The notes: generated by a model not told the origin, from the sequence alone. Shown: positions 28,532 through 38,344, numbered from the stretch's first letter. The stretch: 64,000 nt of DNA from an uncultured virus (IMG/VR IMGVR_UViG_3300037466_003572) (IMGVR_UViG_3300037466_003572), one strand, 5' to 3'. A program made the numbers and translations.

Positions 28532-28728
28532 TGCCACTATTTACACTAGAATGCGAAACATGCAACGAGAAACATGAAAAAATCGTTTCATACGCTAAAA
28601 AAGATGAACAAACTTGCCCGGTATGTGGAAACGTGTTAAAACATAAGCCAACATTCCTCACCGTTTCCCACGGGCTACCGAATGGATTCAGCAGTAACCG
28701 AAGACCACCGAAGAAAGAGGTAAAATAA
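28531..28728 (+). CDS. FmdB-like zinc ribbon protein
   Basis: MPLFTLECETC...CPVCG. Confidence 0.75.
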   Translation: MPLFTLECETCNEKHEKIVSYAKKDEQTCPVCGNVLKHKPTFLTVSHGLPNGFSSNRRPPKKEVK

Positions 28729-28731
28729 CAG

Positions 28732-29241
28732 ATGGAAATTTGGAGACAATCTCCGTATTACCCAGAGTATGAAATAAGCAATTTAGGAAACTTACGTCAT
28801 AAAGAAAATAAAAATAATTTGAAGTATTCTATACACAAAAAAGGATACCCACAAATTAACTTAAAAGTTGACGGAAAAAGAGTATGTAGAAAGATACACA
28901 GATTAGTAGCTGAAGCATTTATTCCGAATCCGGAAAGAAAACCTCAAGTTAATCACATTAATGGAGATAAGTTTGATAACCGGGTTGAAAATTTGGAATG
29001 GGTAACTAACGGTGAAAATGGTAAACACGCATATAGAACGGGGTTGAAAATTGCTCCGGTAGGAGAGAATCACCAGAGATCATTATTAACGAACGAACAA
29101 GTAATTTATATATTCCAATCAAGTAAAACAAGGAGAGAATTAGCGGAAAAGTTCAATGTTTCTCTATCGACTATTACTGCAATTTGGAATAAACACAATT
29201 GGTCCACAACAACAGCGGGATTAAGGAGAAATTCAATATGA
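28732..29241 (+). CDS. NUMOD4-HNH homing endonuclease (free-standing)
   Basis: MEIWR..YEISNLG; IHRLVAEAFIPNP..VNHINGDKFDNRVENLEW. Confidence 0.92.
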   Translation: MEIWRQSPYYPEYEISNLGNLRHKENKNNLKYSIHKKGYPQINLKVDGKRVCRKIHRLVAEAFIPNPERKPQVNHINGDKFDNRVENLEWVTNGENGKHAYRTGLKIAPVGENHQRSLLTNEQVIYIFQSSKTRRELAEKFNVSLSTITAIWNKHNWSTTTAGLRRNSI

Positions 29242-29777
29242 AAAAGAAAACGTACCTTGCCGGAGATATGCTGAATAAAGGCGCACAAATGCTACGAGCA
29301 ATAGAGGCAGAAGAACTTCGTAAAATCGATAAAGTAGAACTTTATTCTCCGCAAGAAGATAAATCAGTAAACGATAAGCAAAATGCTGTTCAAGAAGGTC
29401 TTGCAGAACGTATATTCCGCAATGACACGAAAGCAATACTTGATAGCGAAGTAATCGTTGCTGATATTTCTCAAACGCTTGGCACATCGATTGAAATGGG
29501 TCAAATTTGGGGCATTAATTATATGTTAGAACGTTTAGATAAAATTCTAACAAACAGTGACGACGCAAGCGAAGTATCAACAAAAGTAAGTGCATTACTA
29601 AGGGAAATACCACGCAAGACCGTTTACTGGAAAACAGAAGACGTACGTGACCACGAGCATCCAGAAGTTGGATACCGTCGCAGTCATTCATACAATGCGT
29701 ATCTAATCGGATGTTTACTTGCAATCGCAGGTGAACCGAAGACGTTTGATGAGATCATCGAAGAATTACAAAAATAA
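29238..29777 (+). CDS. nucleoside 2-deoxyribosyltransferase-like protein
   Basis: YLAG, YSPQE, IFRND, GTSIEMG. Confidence 0.75.
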   Translation: MKKKTYLAGDMLNKGAQMLRAIEAEELRKIDKVELYSPQEDKSVNDKQNAVQEGLAERIFRNDTKAILDSEVIVADISQTLGTSIEMGQIWGINYMLERLDKILTNSDDASEVSTKVSALLREIPRKTVYWKTEDVRDHEHPEVGYRRSHSYNAYLIGCLLAIAGEPKTFDEIIEELQK

Positions 29778-29797
29778 GCATCACTCAGGAGGTAATC

Positions 29798-30439
29798 ATG
29801 AGACAACGAGAAAAGCGAAAGAGAATAGCAGCATTGGTGATCACATCAACAGCCGTGGTTACGCTATCTCTTTCTCTTACTATTGTTGCCAACAAGGTGA
29901 CAACTATACAAGACCAACTCCAAAAATCCAATGTGAAGGCAGCTACGCTGCTTCGAAAAACGCATCAAATGCAAAAAGAAAATAGTATTAACCAGAAAAA
30001 ACTTATTTCGTTGAAAACCGAAATAAATAAAAAAGATGAACAAATAAATATTTTAAATAAAAATATCAAAAACATCAAAAAAGATAATGAATCACTGAAG
30101 CAAGAAAATAATTCATTATCAAGCCGCGTGATTAACACGAAAACATTCGAAGTAACCGCGTATACCAATTATGCGGAAAGTACCGGGAAGAATCCCGGTG
30201 ATGCTTCGTTTGGTATTACCGCAAGTGGTGAACGTACTATCCAAGGTCGCACTTTAAGCTGCCCGAAACAATACCCGTCAGGAACGAAAATGTTAATTGA
30301 AGATATTGGTGTTCGCGTATGCACTGACACCGGTTCCGCCATCACCGGAAATAGGCTGGATTTATACGTGAATAACTTAAATGACGCAATTCATTTCGGA
30401 CGCAAAAAACTAAAAGTTGAAATATTGGAGGAAGTATAA
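29798..30439 (+). CDS. membrane-anchored coiled-coil protein with 3D (cell-wall lytic) domain
   Basis: TM helix, coiled coil, VTAY..GITASG..DTGSAITGNRLDLY. Confidence 0.85.
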   Translation: MRQREKRKRIAALVITSTAVVTLSLSLTIVANKVTTIQDQLQKSNVKAATLLRKTHQMQKENSINQKKLISLKTEINKKDEQINILNKNIKNIKKDNESLKQENNSLSSRVINTKTFEVTAYTNYAESTGKNPGDASFGITASGERTIQGRTLSCPKQYPSGTKMLIEDIGVRVCTDTGSAITGNRLDLYVNNLNDAIHFGRKKLKVEILEEV

Positions 30440-30649
30440 ATGGATAACTTTGAAAAAGAAGTACAAGCAGAACTCGAAACAGCGATGGAACATGAAATGG
30501 AAGTATATTACCGAATCGTTCATTTTGCTAACTGGCTCGATCAAGGCATCAAGGTAACAGATGACGAGATGCTGAAAAAAGTGTTTGAAAATTATATGAA
30601 AATATTCGGAATCTATTTAAGCACGGAGGAAGAAAACGATGAAGAATAA
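30440..30649 (+). CDS. hypothetical protein
   Basis: GGAGG SD. Confidence 0.6.
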   Translation: MDNFEKEVQAELETAMEHEMEVYYRIVHFANWLDQGIKVTDDEMLKKVFENYMKIFGIYLSTEEENDEE

Positions 30650-30920
30650 CGAGTTTGATTTATTAGTAGACGAGCTTACGAAAGAACTCGCTGAAACGCT
30701 AAAGCGCAAGAATCGTGATTATGGCGATTCTTTCGCAAAGCAATACGCAAAGTATGGAATGGCATCAAGCATGATTCGTATTGAAGATAAAATAAGCAGG
30801 CTAGAGACGTTGGTTAAAAACAATGAGAAAACGAACGTTCAAGACGAAAGTTTAGATGACACTTTACTTGATTTATGCGGTTACTCGTTATTAACGCTTA
30901 TTGAACGAAAGAGGGGCTAA
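30639..30920 (+). CDS. DUF1599 / nucleotide-modification-associated domain 1 protein
   Basis: RKNRDYGDSF...RIEDKISRL...DESLDDTLLDLCGY. Confidence 0.8.
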   Translation: MKNNEFDLLVDELTKELAETLKRKNRDYGDSFAKQYAKYGMASSMIRIEDKISRLETLVKNNEKTNVQDESLDDTLLDLCGYSLLTLIERKRG

Positions 30921-30922
30921 TT

Positions 30923-31306
30923 GTGGGAGCAGTCGGGGTAGATATACACAAAAACGCAAGAGAGATTGATTGCAAATACGCGCTGGATACAACAACCGGA
31001 GTTGAAATATTACTCGCTGATGTACCGTACCTCAAAGAGAGAAGATACATCGAAGGAGATTTCGATGCAGCCGTCATACTAGCGGACCTGGAGAAAGCAT
31101 TCGAGATCGCAGCAAAAGGTAATATACGTGAAGCGTTGACAGCGAAACAACGAAGAATGCTAGAGTTGTACCATATCGAAGGATATAATTTACGTGAAAT
31201 AGGCGAAATGTACGGCGTATCACATCAAAGAATCGATTGGATTTTATCGGTTGCAATCGAGCGCTTAACAAAAGTATTCAGAGATTGGGATTACGGAGAA
31301 TTATAA
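30923..31306 (+). CDS. sigma-70 region 4-like HTH protein
   Basis: LTAKQRRMLELYHIEGYNLREIGEMYGVSHQRI. Confidence 0.75.
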   Translation: MGAVGVDIHKNAREIDCKYALDTTTGVEILLADVPYLKERRYIEGDFDAAVILADLEKAFEIAAKGNIREALTAKQRRMLELYHIEGYNLREIGEMYGVSHQRIDWILSVAIERLTKVFRDWDYGEL

Positions 31307-31339
31307 ACCATCACATTCTATTTAAGGGAGACCATCACA

Positions 31340-31750
31340 TTGTTTAATAAATCAGGAGACTATAAAGCGGAGTTCATTCATCAAGTAGATCTTATCGTAA
31401 AACGACCAAAAAAGGTAATTCGTGAAGAATCAGCATCAGAAGCGCTAAAAAAAGTAGACACCATCATCGAAGCATACGTCAATGATATTGGACTTGTACC
31501 AGACAGTTTTCAGTTATCAAGGTTATCCAATTTTTTAATCTTAAAAAGCGATGAACATTACGTACTAAGCGTAGACCAACAAAAACACAGAAAACGCAAA
31601 GAGTTCCCAATGACGGACACACTAAAAGAAGTGTATGATTCTGAAAAGAAATACAGAGGTAAACCGGTAAGAAAAACAATTAATATGCACACACAAATGG
31701 AAATCGAAATGCAGCGTTATAAAAAACGCCTCGAGGAAGAAAATAAGTGA
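31340..31750 (+). CDS. hypothetical protein
   Basis: GGGAG SD, TTG start. Confidence 0.7.
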   Translation: MFNKSGDYKAEFIHQVDLIVKRPKKVIREESASEALKKVDTIIEAYVNDIGLVPDSFQLSRLSNFLILKSDEHYVLSVDQQKHRKRKEFPMTDTLKEVYDSEKKYRGKPVRKTINMHTQMEIEMQRYKKRLEEENK

Positions 31751-32034
31751 AGAAATTAACGCCGGAAACAAGATTCGAGATTAATCGTATCCAGGCATTA
31801 ACATTTGGGAATATTTATTATAGTTATGAAGAAGCGATATATTCATTCCATATCAATGTTTATAATGAAAGTAATCCTAACGATCGATTATTGCCAGTTG
31901 TTTCACCGCAAGAAGGAGACATTTGGCAACGAATGGACGGTAATACGTATCACATGTACCGAGGGAAATGGGAGAAAATAGAGATACCCGATTGGTACAA
32001 AGAAGAAAATTATCAAACTTATCACGGAGAATAA
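31747..32034 (+). CDS. hypothetical protein
   Basis: coupled ORF; terminator ATCACGGA-GAATAA-TCCGTGAT-T at 32021-32050. Confidence 0.65.
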   Translation: MKKLTPETRFEINRIQALTFGNIYYSYEEAIYSFHINVYNESNPNDRLLPVVSPQEGDIWQRMDGNTYHMYRGKWEKIEIPDWYKEENYQTYHGE

Positions 32035-32183
32035 TCCGTGATTTTTTTTTATTTTTTTTTTGCACAAAAATATATTTTTATGTTAAAATTTAGTTAAGAA
32101 ATAAAATAAAACATAAAAACCTTTATATAATAACTATTTCATTTAATTTAATGAAATACATATATTTTTAAAACGAAAGTGAG

Positions 32184-32540
32184 GTGATTACGATGGGTCA
32201 CATGAGAAAGTACGGCTGGACAATCAAGCAAATTAAGCCAGGAATGTTCTATTTATATACGTGGGAGTTTGACGCAGCAGGAACGATTCGTAAACGTGAG
32301 GAAATGGTTGAGCACATGAAAAACGGCAACGAAAAAGGATATACGAAAAGAGATCTTGGAACAAAAGCATCGCGTTATAAATGGCACTCGCTGGGTAGGC
32401 TTGATTTCGAAAATCCAGAAAAACATAATAAAAAGTTAAATTTATTTTTAGTGGAAAATATGAATCAACTAGATGCAATCAAGGAACGTTATTTCGCGCT
32501 AAAAGCGAAGAATGAAGCGAAGAAATTGGCAGCGGTTTAA
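32184..32540 (+). CDS. hypothetical protein (stand-alone cassette)
   Basis: GAGGTG SD, AT-rich promoter region, terminator after stop. Confidence 0.7.
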   Translation: MITMGHMRKYGWTIKQIKPGMFYLYTWEFDAAGTIRKREEMVEHMKNGNEKGYTKRDLGTKASRYKWHSLGRLDFENPEKHNKKLNLFLVENMNQLDAIKERYFALKAKNEAKKLAAV

Positions 32541-32606
32541 ATCGTTGCCTTTTATTTTATTTATTTTTAACTATTTAAAATAAAATATAGTATAATAAAA
32601 TGGGAG

Positions 32607-32789
32607 GTGATAGAGATGAAGCAAGCAATAAAATTACTAGAAAAAGGAGTACGTATAAAATTAGAATATGGATGTGAAGTATGGAAAGAAGAGAATAAAT
32701 ATTTTTATACAAGTTATTGTATTTTAAATGGGTACGTAAAACATGAAATAACAAAAGGAGCAGCGAAGGAGATCGTACATAATATGTAA
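32607..32789 (+). CDS. small hypothetical protein (stand-alone cassette)
   Basis: TTAACT-N18-TATAAT promoter, GGAGGTG SD. Confidence 0.6.
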   Translation: MIEMKQAIKLLEKGVRIKLEYGCEVWKEENKYFYTSYCILNGYVKHEITKGAAKEIVHNM

Positions 32790-32812
32790 ACCGGGTTTCC
32801 CCGGTTTCTTTT
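32788..32812. terminator. bidirectional terminator between convergent blocks
   Basis: AAACCGGG-TTTC-CCCGGTTT. Confidence 0.75.
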
Positions 32813-34592
32813 AATAGTAAACGACTTTCAAAGTGATGGAACTTGCACCGTTATTCGTAATATAAATACCATCTGAATGATGTTCGACTGTTACGTTATC
32901 ACTATCTTTCATCAGGCGTGAACGGATAAATGTTCCTTGATAAAACTCAAGTTCGTAAACACGAGCATTTGTACCGGACTGAACGCCTACAATGAAAAGA
33001 CGGTAATATTTATAGGTGCCAGGACTTGATAGTTGATAGGTTTGCCAAGTATCACCGACAAATGGCGTAAATACAAAAGTATCGCTTATTTGTGTCCAAG
33101 TGCTTCCGTCATTACTACCTTGAATATAAAAGGTCTTAGGAGCTTGTGAGCTTGTTGCAGCTGCACAATACATTCTAAATCCGTCAATCGTAATAGCATT
33201 TGGGAACATCATTTGAAGCCATGAGTTGTTTTGTGAGTTTGTTAAACTTGCCCAGCTATCACTTGTCGCATTATTAAACGCGAGGTACGGATTCAAGCCA
33301 GAATAAGTTGAAGACGCTGAGACAGTTGTACCGTCAGCGATTGTATTTGCTGTCATCACCGGACTCATTTTTGTTCCTAAATCATTTGCAAGAAAAACTT
33401 GTGGCTGAATCATTAACGCTTTCGCAGTATTTGCAATAGTGACCGTCGCACCTGCTGCAACTGTGACTTGCGTGTAGTATTTCACACCTGATTGTGGACC
33501 GTCTTGAGCAACCCAGCTCGTACCATTAAATACAAGATATTGACCGATTGCTTTCGGTGTTGGATCGGCAATTCCGCCTGTTCCTCCGCCGCCACCGCTA
33601 ATTACACTGCCTTTATACGCAAGTTGTCCAGCGCTGTCAGATAAGTTCGATAAAACGGTCATGTTGCTATGCGTATGAATATTCGAAATATCAACACTTG
33701 ACTCTCCGCCAGATTGAGTGAGTTTGTCAATAACCGCTCTATTTGTATGCGGTATTTTTGAAATATCAACACTTGTTTCAACACCAGTTTGTGTTAAATG
33801 GTCAAGTACCGTCGATTTTGCTTGATAAACAGTATCGTGGTTATGATCAGCCCGCGCAACATAAGAACTTACCCCATTGCCACCGACACCGGACGCAGTA
33901 AAATCTTGGTTAAATGCTGATTTCTTCGTTATAACCGGCTCATATACACCGTTATGATTATGCGTTGTATCCGATTTACCGCTCAAACCGGTAGATATCT
34001 TCGAGGCACTCCAAGTTTTATCCGTTGCAGTGGTTGAAGTATCGTCAATTGTAACGCCAGTTCCGCTAGTTCCGGCACTTGATTGTTCAACGCCATCAAC
34101 CGTTACAACACCGTTTGCTGATACGCCAAGACGTTCTACCTCGGTTTTCTTAGTACCAGAAGTGAATAATCTTGCGTCATTTCCTTCTGTGACACTTCCT
34201 GCAGAGTTTCCAAACGACTTGTTAAACGCTGTGCCATGAGAAGCAATCTTCGGTTCATAAACGGAATCATGGTTGTGTGTTGTATCCGATTTTCCAGCAA
34301 GCTGGTTCGATATTTTAGTAGATGACCATGTTTGACTTGTGCTCGTTCCGGAATCGTTAATACTTGCGCCGCCACCACCACTTACAGCGGTTGATTTCCA
34401 AGTTCCATCCGCTTGTTTCGCGAAGAATTGGTCCACATCTTGAACGAAATAAATATCGTTAACAGCCGCACTCGACGGAAGATCAGCTTGCGTTGCAACT
34501 TGTGGGTACTGAGAGCCACCACCACTTGTTTGAATTTCTTCATGAACAGTTGATTGAATTAATTTTTTTATCGATGGTCTAACAGGCATCAT
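32811..34592 (-). CDS. fibre-like protein with internal repeats and C-terminal discoidin (F5/8 type C)-like domain
   Basis: repeated TWS..KIS..L.GKSDTTHNH; SASS..AFN..W..WLQ..P..F..QGSNDG..W..YKYYRL. Confidence 0.7.
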   Translation of the reverse strand: MMPVRPSIKKLIQSTVHEEIQTSGGGSQYPQVATQADLPSSAAVNDIYFVQDVDQFFAKQADGTWKSTAVSGGGGASINDSGTSTSQTWSSTKISNQLAGKSDTTHNHDSVYEPKIASHGTAFNKSFGNSAGSVTEGNDARLFTSGTKKTEVERLGVSANGVVTVDGVEQSSAGTSGTGVTIDDTSTTATDKTWSASKISTGLSGKSDTTHNHNGVYEPVITKKSAFNQDFTASGVGGNGVSSYVARADHNHDTVYQAKSTVLDHLTQTGVETSVDISKIPHTNRAVIDKLTQSGGESSVDISNIHTHSNMTVLSNLSDSAGQLAYKGSVISGGGGGTGGIADPTPKAIGQYLVFNGTSWVAQDGPQSGVKYYTQVTVAAGATVTIANTAKALMIQPQVFLANDLGTKMSPVMTANTIADGTTVSASSTYSGLNPYLAFNNATSDSWASLTNSQNNSWLQMMFPNAITIDGFRMYCAAATSSQAPKTFYIQGSNDGSTWTQISDTFVFTPFVGDTWQTYQLSSPGTYKYYRLFIVGVQSGTNARVYELEFYQGTFIRSRLMKDSDNVTVEHHSDGIYITNNGASSITLKVVYY

Positions 34593-34601
34593 CGCACCTC
34601 C

Positions 34602-34907
34602 TTAAATGATAAATACAAACACAATTGATTCTGTGCCTGTTTGCGTAGTTGAAATTGTTAGCGAGTTAATGCCGTCTAGTATCGGAGACCAATAATCGCC
34701 GATATCAACAGGAAATGAATCGTTCTCATTAATTTTCATTTCGAACTCGAACGGGGATTTTTTAATCGTTACTCCGTATGCACCCGCAGGAACGCTGACT
34801 GAAAAGTTAGTCAGTACAGCGTCCGTAGGTACATCCACACGCTTTAATGCTGTGATTGCTTCGTTGATTTGTCGTTTATTCGGGTCGACCTTTGCTACAT
34901 AAGCCAT
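34602..34907 (-). CDS. hypothetical beta-rich protein
   Basis: GGAGGT SD, upstream of fibre-like gene. Confidence 0.65.
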   Translation of the reverse strand: MAYVAKVDPNKRQINEAITALKRVDVPTDAVLTNFSVSVPAGAYGVTIKKSPFEFEMKINENDSFPVDIGDYWSPILDGINSLTISTTQTGTESIVFVFII

Positions 34908-34930
34908 GGGATGATTACCTCCAAAAATTT

Positions 34931-35977
34931 TTATTTTACAACAACGTATTTTTCGTTTGCGGTAATATAGTAAACTGCACCGCGAGAATTCTTTACTTTA
35001 TACTGTGGAGAACCGTTTACATCCACTTTTGAAACAATGGTAAATCCTTCTCCGTCTTTCACAATTCCGGCAACATCTTTATCAGACCAAGATGGCTTCG
35101 CGTAAAAACGCAATTGCTCTACTTTACATTCCACGCGTTTACCGACATAACTAGGTACAGGCGGTTTTGGAGCGGGTTTCAAACGGATAATTTGTCCGAT
35201 TTGAAGTTTCGTAGGATCGACTGGATTTAATTTCATTAGATCACTTACGTTTAATCCAAAGCGATTAGCAATTTCACTGAACGTATCGCCTGATTTAATT
35301 TTATACGTATCAGGAACGCTCGGTTTAGATGGCGCTGGTTCCGGAGCTGGAGCCGGTTTTGGCGGTTCTGGAGCTGGTTTTAATTGCGGAACAAAATACT
35401 CAAGCGGTTTATCTCCGTTTAAAATATTAATATCCACGTTACCGTTTATTCCAAGCACTTTTGCGGTTGAGCTGAACTGCCATAGGTCACAAGCGATGTT
35501 CGGTTTTGTATGCGGTTGACCGTCATTTACGCCGTATTTCGCAATCCAAAGAAAATCCGCATCAACTTTATCAAGATTATGAGGCGCATAAAAATACTCG
35601 CCAGTATAAAGACCAACCGGGCGAGAATCGTTTGCTTTAATATAGTCGATAAATGCTTGCGTTGCATCTGCTAGTTCGGATGGATTATCCGTTGTCACTT
35701 CTTCCACGTCAACTACTAGAAAATTAGCATCTTTATCCGCGCGTGCTAAAAAGTCTTTTGCTTCCACTTTCGCGTCTTCAATATTAATAAATCTTGCATA
35801 CGCGTAATGCGCGAACGGGATGCCATTATCTTTACAACCTTGAACGTATTCTTTATATTTGCTATCAACCGTTGAACTTCCATACTGAACGCGAATAATA
35901 ACGAGTTCAACATCTTGCTTAAGTCTACAGAAATCAATGTCGCCTTGCCACTTGGAAATATCAATAATTTTTTTCAT
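34931..35977 (-). CDS. endolysin: GH25 muramidase, Pro-rich linker, LysM, SH3-like cell-wall-binding domain
   Basis: IDISKWQG, VDVE, WQFSS, GNVDIN; YKIKSGDTFSEIA. Confidence 0.92.
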   Translation of the reverse strand: MKKIIDISKWQGDIDFCRLKQDVELVIIRVQYGSSTVDSKYKEYVQGCKDNGIPFAHYAYARFINIEDAKVEAKDFLARADKDANFLVVDVEEVTTDNPSELADATQAFIDYIKANDSRPVGLYTGEYFYAPHNLDKVDADFLWIAKYGVNDGQPHTKPNIACDLWQFSSTAKVLGINGNVDINILNGDKPLEYFVPQLKPAPEPPKPAPAPEPAPSKPSVPDTYKIKSGDTFSEIANRFGLNVSDLMKLNPVDPTKLQIGQIIRLKPAPKPPVPSYVGKRVECKVEQLRFYAKPSWSDKDVAGIVKDGEGFTIVSKVDVNGSPQYKVKNSRGAVYYITANEKYVVVK

Positions 35978-35992
35978 AGCAATTCGTCCACC

Positions 35993-36310
35993 TTATCGTT
36001 TATTTTTTTCGAGCTGTTCGATCTTTTCTTTTAAAATTTTGTTTTCCGCCTTCAACTGTGCGTTTTCAAACTTAACCACATTTATCTCATCCATAAGCTC
36101 TTTAATCTCAATAATCAATTCTTCTCTCTCCCGTTCTAAAACTTCGATACGGTTTTGTAATACGCCCATTTGAGTGAAAACGTTTTGGAATAATTGCTGA
36201 CTGTTCTCGTTGTCTTGTTTTTGTTTTCTTGTTAAAAAATTAAACACAGCAGTAACAGCAATTCCCAAAAATGTAAAGAGTGCCGCTGCCCACGCGTCAA
36301 ATCCAAACAT
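35993..36310 (-). CDS. holin-like protein (TM plus coiled coil)
   Basis: N-terminal TM, adjacent to endolysin. Confidence 0.6.
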   Translation of the reverse strand: MFGFDAWAAALFTFLGIAVTAVFNFLTRKQKQDNENSQQLFQNVFTQMGVLQNRIEVLEREREELIIEIKELMDEINVVKFENAQLKAENKILKEKIEQLEKNKR

Positions 36311-36330
36311 AAATTTTCACCTTCTTAAAA

Positions 36331-36531
36331 TTATTTTTCTTTCTTATCGCTATTAGCGAAAATTCCAATAACAGTACCGATGAGACCGGCAGCAACTAAA
36401 ATTTCGTTAGTCAAATTTTCTGCATCGATCGTCACGCCGTAAACACCAGCGATTGTAGCAACGAGAGAAACAATAGCAGGAACAATGACAACTAAATTTT
36501 TACGCTGAAGTAATTCTGATAATTTTTTCAT
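36331..36531 (-). CDS. putative holin
   Basis: GGAG SD before ATG 36531, two TM segments, charged C-terminus. Confidence 0.7.
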   Translation of the reverse strand: MKKLSELLQRKNLVVIVPAIVSLVATIAGVYGVTIDAENLTNEILVAAGLIGTVIGIFANSDKKEK

Positions 36532-36609
36532 CGCTATCACTCCAAAAATAAAATATCTATATAAAACACCCAAATAAAAAGAGCGAGGAAAATTCCTCGC
36601 CCGTAATCA

Positions 36610-37737
36610 TTAAGATGCAGGTGATGCTTGCCATAGTACCGCAGTTGCACTCGTATTAGTACGCGTTACCCAAATCGTACAACCGGTTGTTGTAATACCG
36701 GAGACACCAACGCCTGTTACCGTTGAACCAGGCACAGTCGTATTTGCCGTAACCATTACAATAGGAGCAGTAGCATAGGCTTTCGGGAACGTCACGTTAA
36801 TACTCGTTGGAGTATTTGCAGCAGATGGCGTTATCGTGACTGAACCATTTTGAATATAGTTTGCAATATTTGTAGAAGAGATCATTTCCGACCAAGCGCT
36901 CCAGGTGCCGTTATTTTTATAACGTTTATAAAACATATCGCCCGTAACAGAATGGAAGTATTGAACACAGTATCCAGTAACACGATATTCAATATGAATA
37001 ACTGTACCCCCACCGCCACCAGAAGGAGCGTTCACCATGGAATAACCACTATAGAAGCCAGTTTTAGTAATCGTGTTTAAATCGCTATTTGAAAATTCAA
37101 CAGAGTTAGAACCAATACCGTAATCGCCAGTTTTTAATATAGCTACACCGTTAAGGTAAGAAACACCGTCTAATACGTGCTGTTTATCATAATCGGCAAC
37201 GTTTATTGAATTGGGTGATTTGCCCGATTTTAACCAGAAAATTCCTTCCCCGTCTGCACTGTCATTCATTACGAGGTTGTTAATTCCAATAAGATCTCCG
37301 TTATTAAAATGTGCTGCATATCCACCACCGGGATTTCCGCCGATGTTTAAATAACTTTGACCACCGATATTCACTTTAAAGCGATCGGAAATCACTTCGT
37401 ACCCGCTAAAATCAGGATCGTTTTTATCCCGTTTCATAATGTCGATTTCTTCCCAGCCGTAAACATTAGTCGTAGTACCATCACCATTATTAATAACGGA
37501 AGTAACCACGCTACGATAAAGTTTTTTCGTTAATTTATTATAAAATAATCTGTCCGGGTAATCGCTAGCAACTGGTTCAACCGAATCTTGGATTACTTTC
37601 GTATTATCAACTTTATCGTTAACGCTTTTAAGTTCCGTGTCAATTGTGGTAAAGTTATCATTCATTTCACTAGTCATGAATCGGTCAGAGGTTGCCCAGC
37701 TGTGCAATCCATAATTAGGAGTCGTATTCGTACTCAT
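36610..37737 (-). CDS. tail fibre protein
   Basis: TPNYGL N-terminus, pyocin-knob-like DLN...TGFY...WSAW, C-terminal VTFPKAY..AP; follows baseplate genes. Confidence 0.8.
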   Translation of the reverse strand: MSTNTTPNYGLHSWATSDRFMTSEMNDNFTTIDTELKSVNDKVDNTKVIQDSVEPVASDYPDRLFYNKLTKKLYRSVVTSVINNGDGTTTNVYGWEEIDIMKRDKNDPDFSGYEVISDRFKVNIGGQSYLNIGGNPGGGYAAHFNNGDLIGINNLVMNDSADGEGIFWLKSGKSPNSINVADYDKQHVLDGVSYLNGVAILKTGDYGIGSNSVEFSNSDLNTITKTGFYSGYSMVNAPSGGGGGTVIHIEYRVTGYCVQYFHSVTGDMFYKRYKNNGTWSAWSEMISSTNIANYIQNGSVTITPSAANTPTSINVTFPKAYATAPIVMVTANTTVPGSTVTGVGVSGITTTGCTIWVTRTNTSATAVLWQASPAS

Positions 37738-37759
37738 TTTATCCCTCCATTAACCGCTA

Positions 37760-38344
37760 TTAAGCAGGCATATTATCAAGGAACGCTGTTTCTAATTCGC
37801 CCCAAGTAAAATTCGTTCCGTCGGATTTCGTCTCAAGTTCGCTCCATGTGTGATTATCCATCTCAGCAAATGTTAAATACGTATAAGCAAAGCTAAGCAC
37901 AAGATGTGCTGGGATAAATTCTCTTAGCGAGGTACGAACAATATCCACATTCGTCGGTACACCGCGCTCCCCAACAAACTTACACATAATTTCATAGTTT
38001 GAAAAGTTTTCCGTAATTTCAACAGAACCATTCACGTAACTTTCCGCTAGATTTTTAATCATATCTTTTGTCACCATACCAGAGCCACGCATTTTTGCTT
38101 TAATTCGTCCGCGTCTTTCATCGTAAGTTAAACTTGAGTCCGTTGGAAGATCATAAATTTTCTCCCAATGGTCAAGTCCCCATGTGGCACGTTCTACAAA
38201 AAATTGAAATAGTATATCTTTTAAATCAAACGCAAGAGCATCCATTTCAGCCGCTTGCGTATTGATTAATTCATTTATGAGTAAAGATTCTTTATAAAAA
38301 TCTGGTAAACTATCCAGCATGACTTGTTTGTGATCTCTAGCCAA
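37760..38344 (-). CDS. baseplate protein XkdU/DUF2313-like
   Basis: QFFVERATWGLDHWE, ERRGRI, IPAHL. Confidence 0.85.
   Translation of the reverse strand: MARDHKQVMLDSLPDFYKESLLINELINTQAAEMDALAFDLKDILFQFFVERATWGLDHWEKIYDLPTDSSLTYDERRGRIKAKMRGSGMVTKDMIKNLAESYVNGSVEITENFSNYEIMCKFVGERGVPTNVDIVRTSLREFIPAHLVLSFAYTYLTFAEMDNHTWSELETKSDGTNFTWGELETAFLDNMPA

Noticed and set aside
32811..37737. Diversity-generating retroelement or shufflon acting on fibres
   Set aside because: No reverse transcriptase, no template/variable repeat pair and no inverted crossover sites seen.
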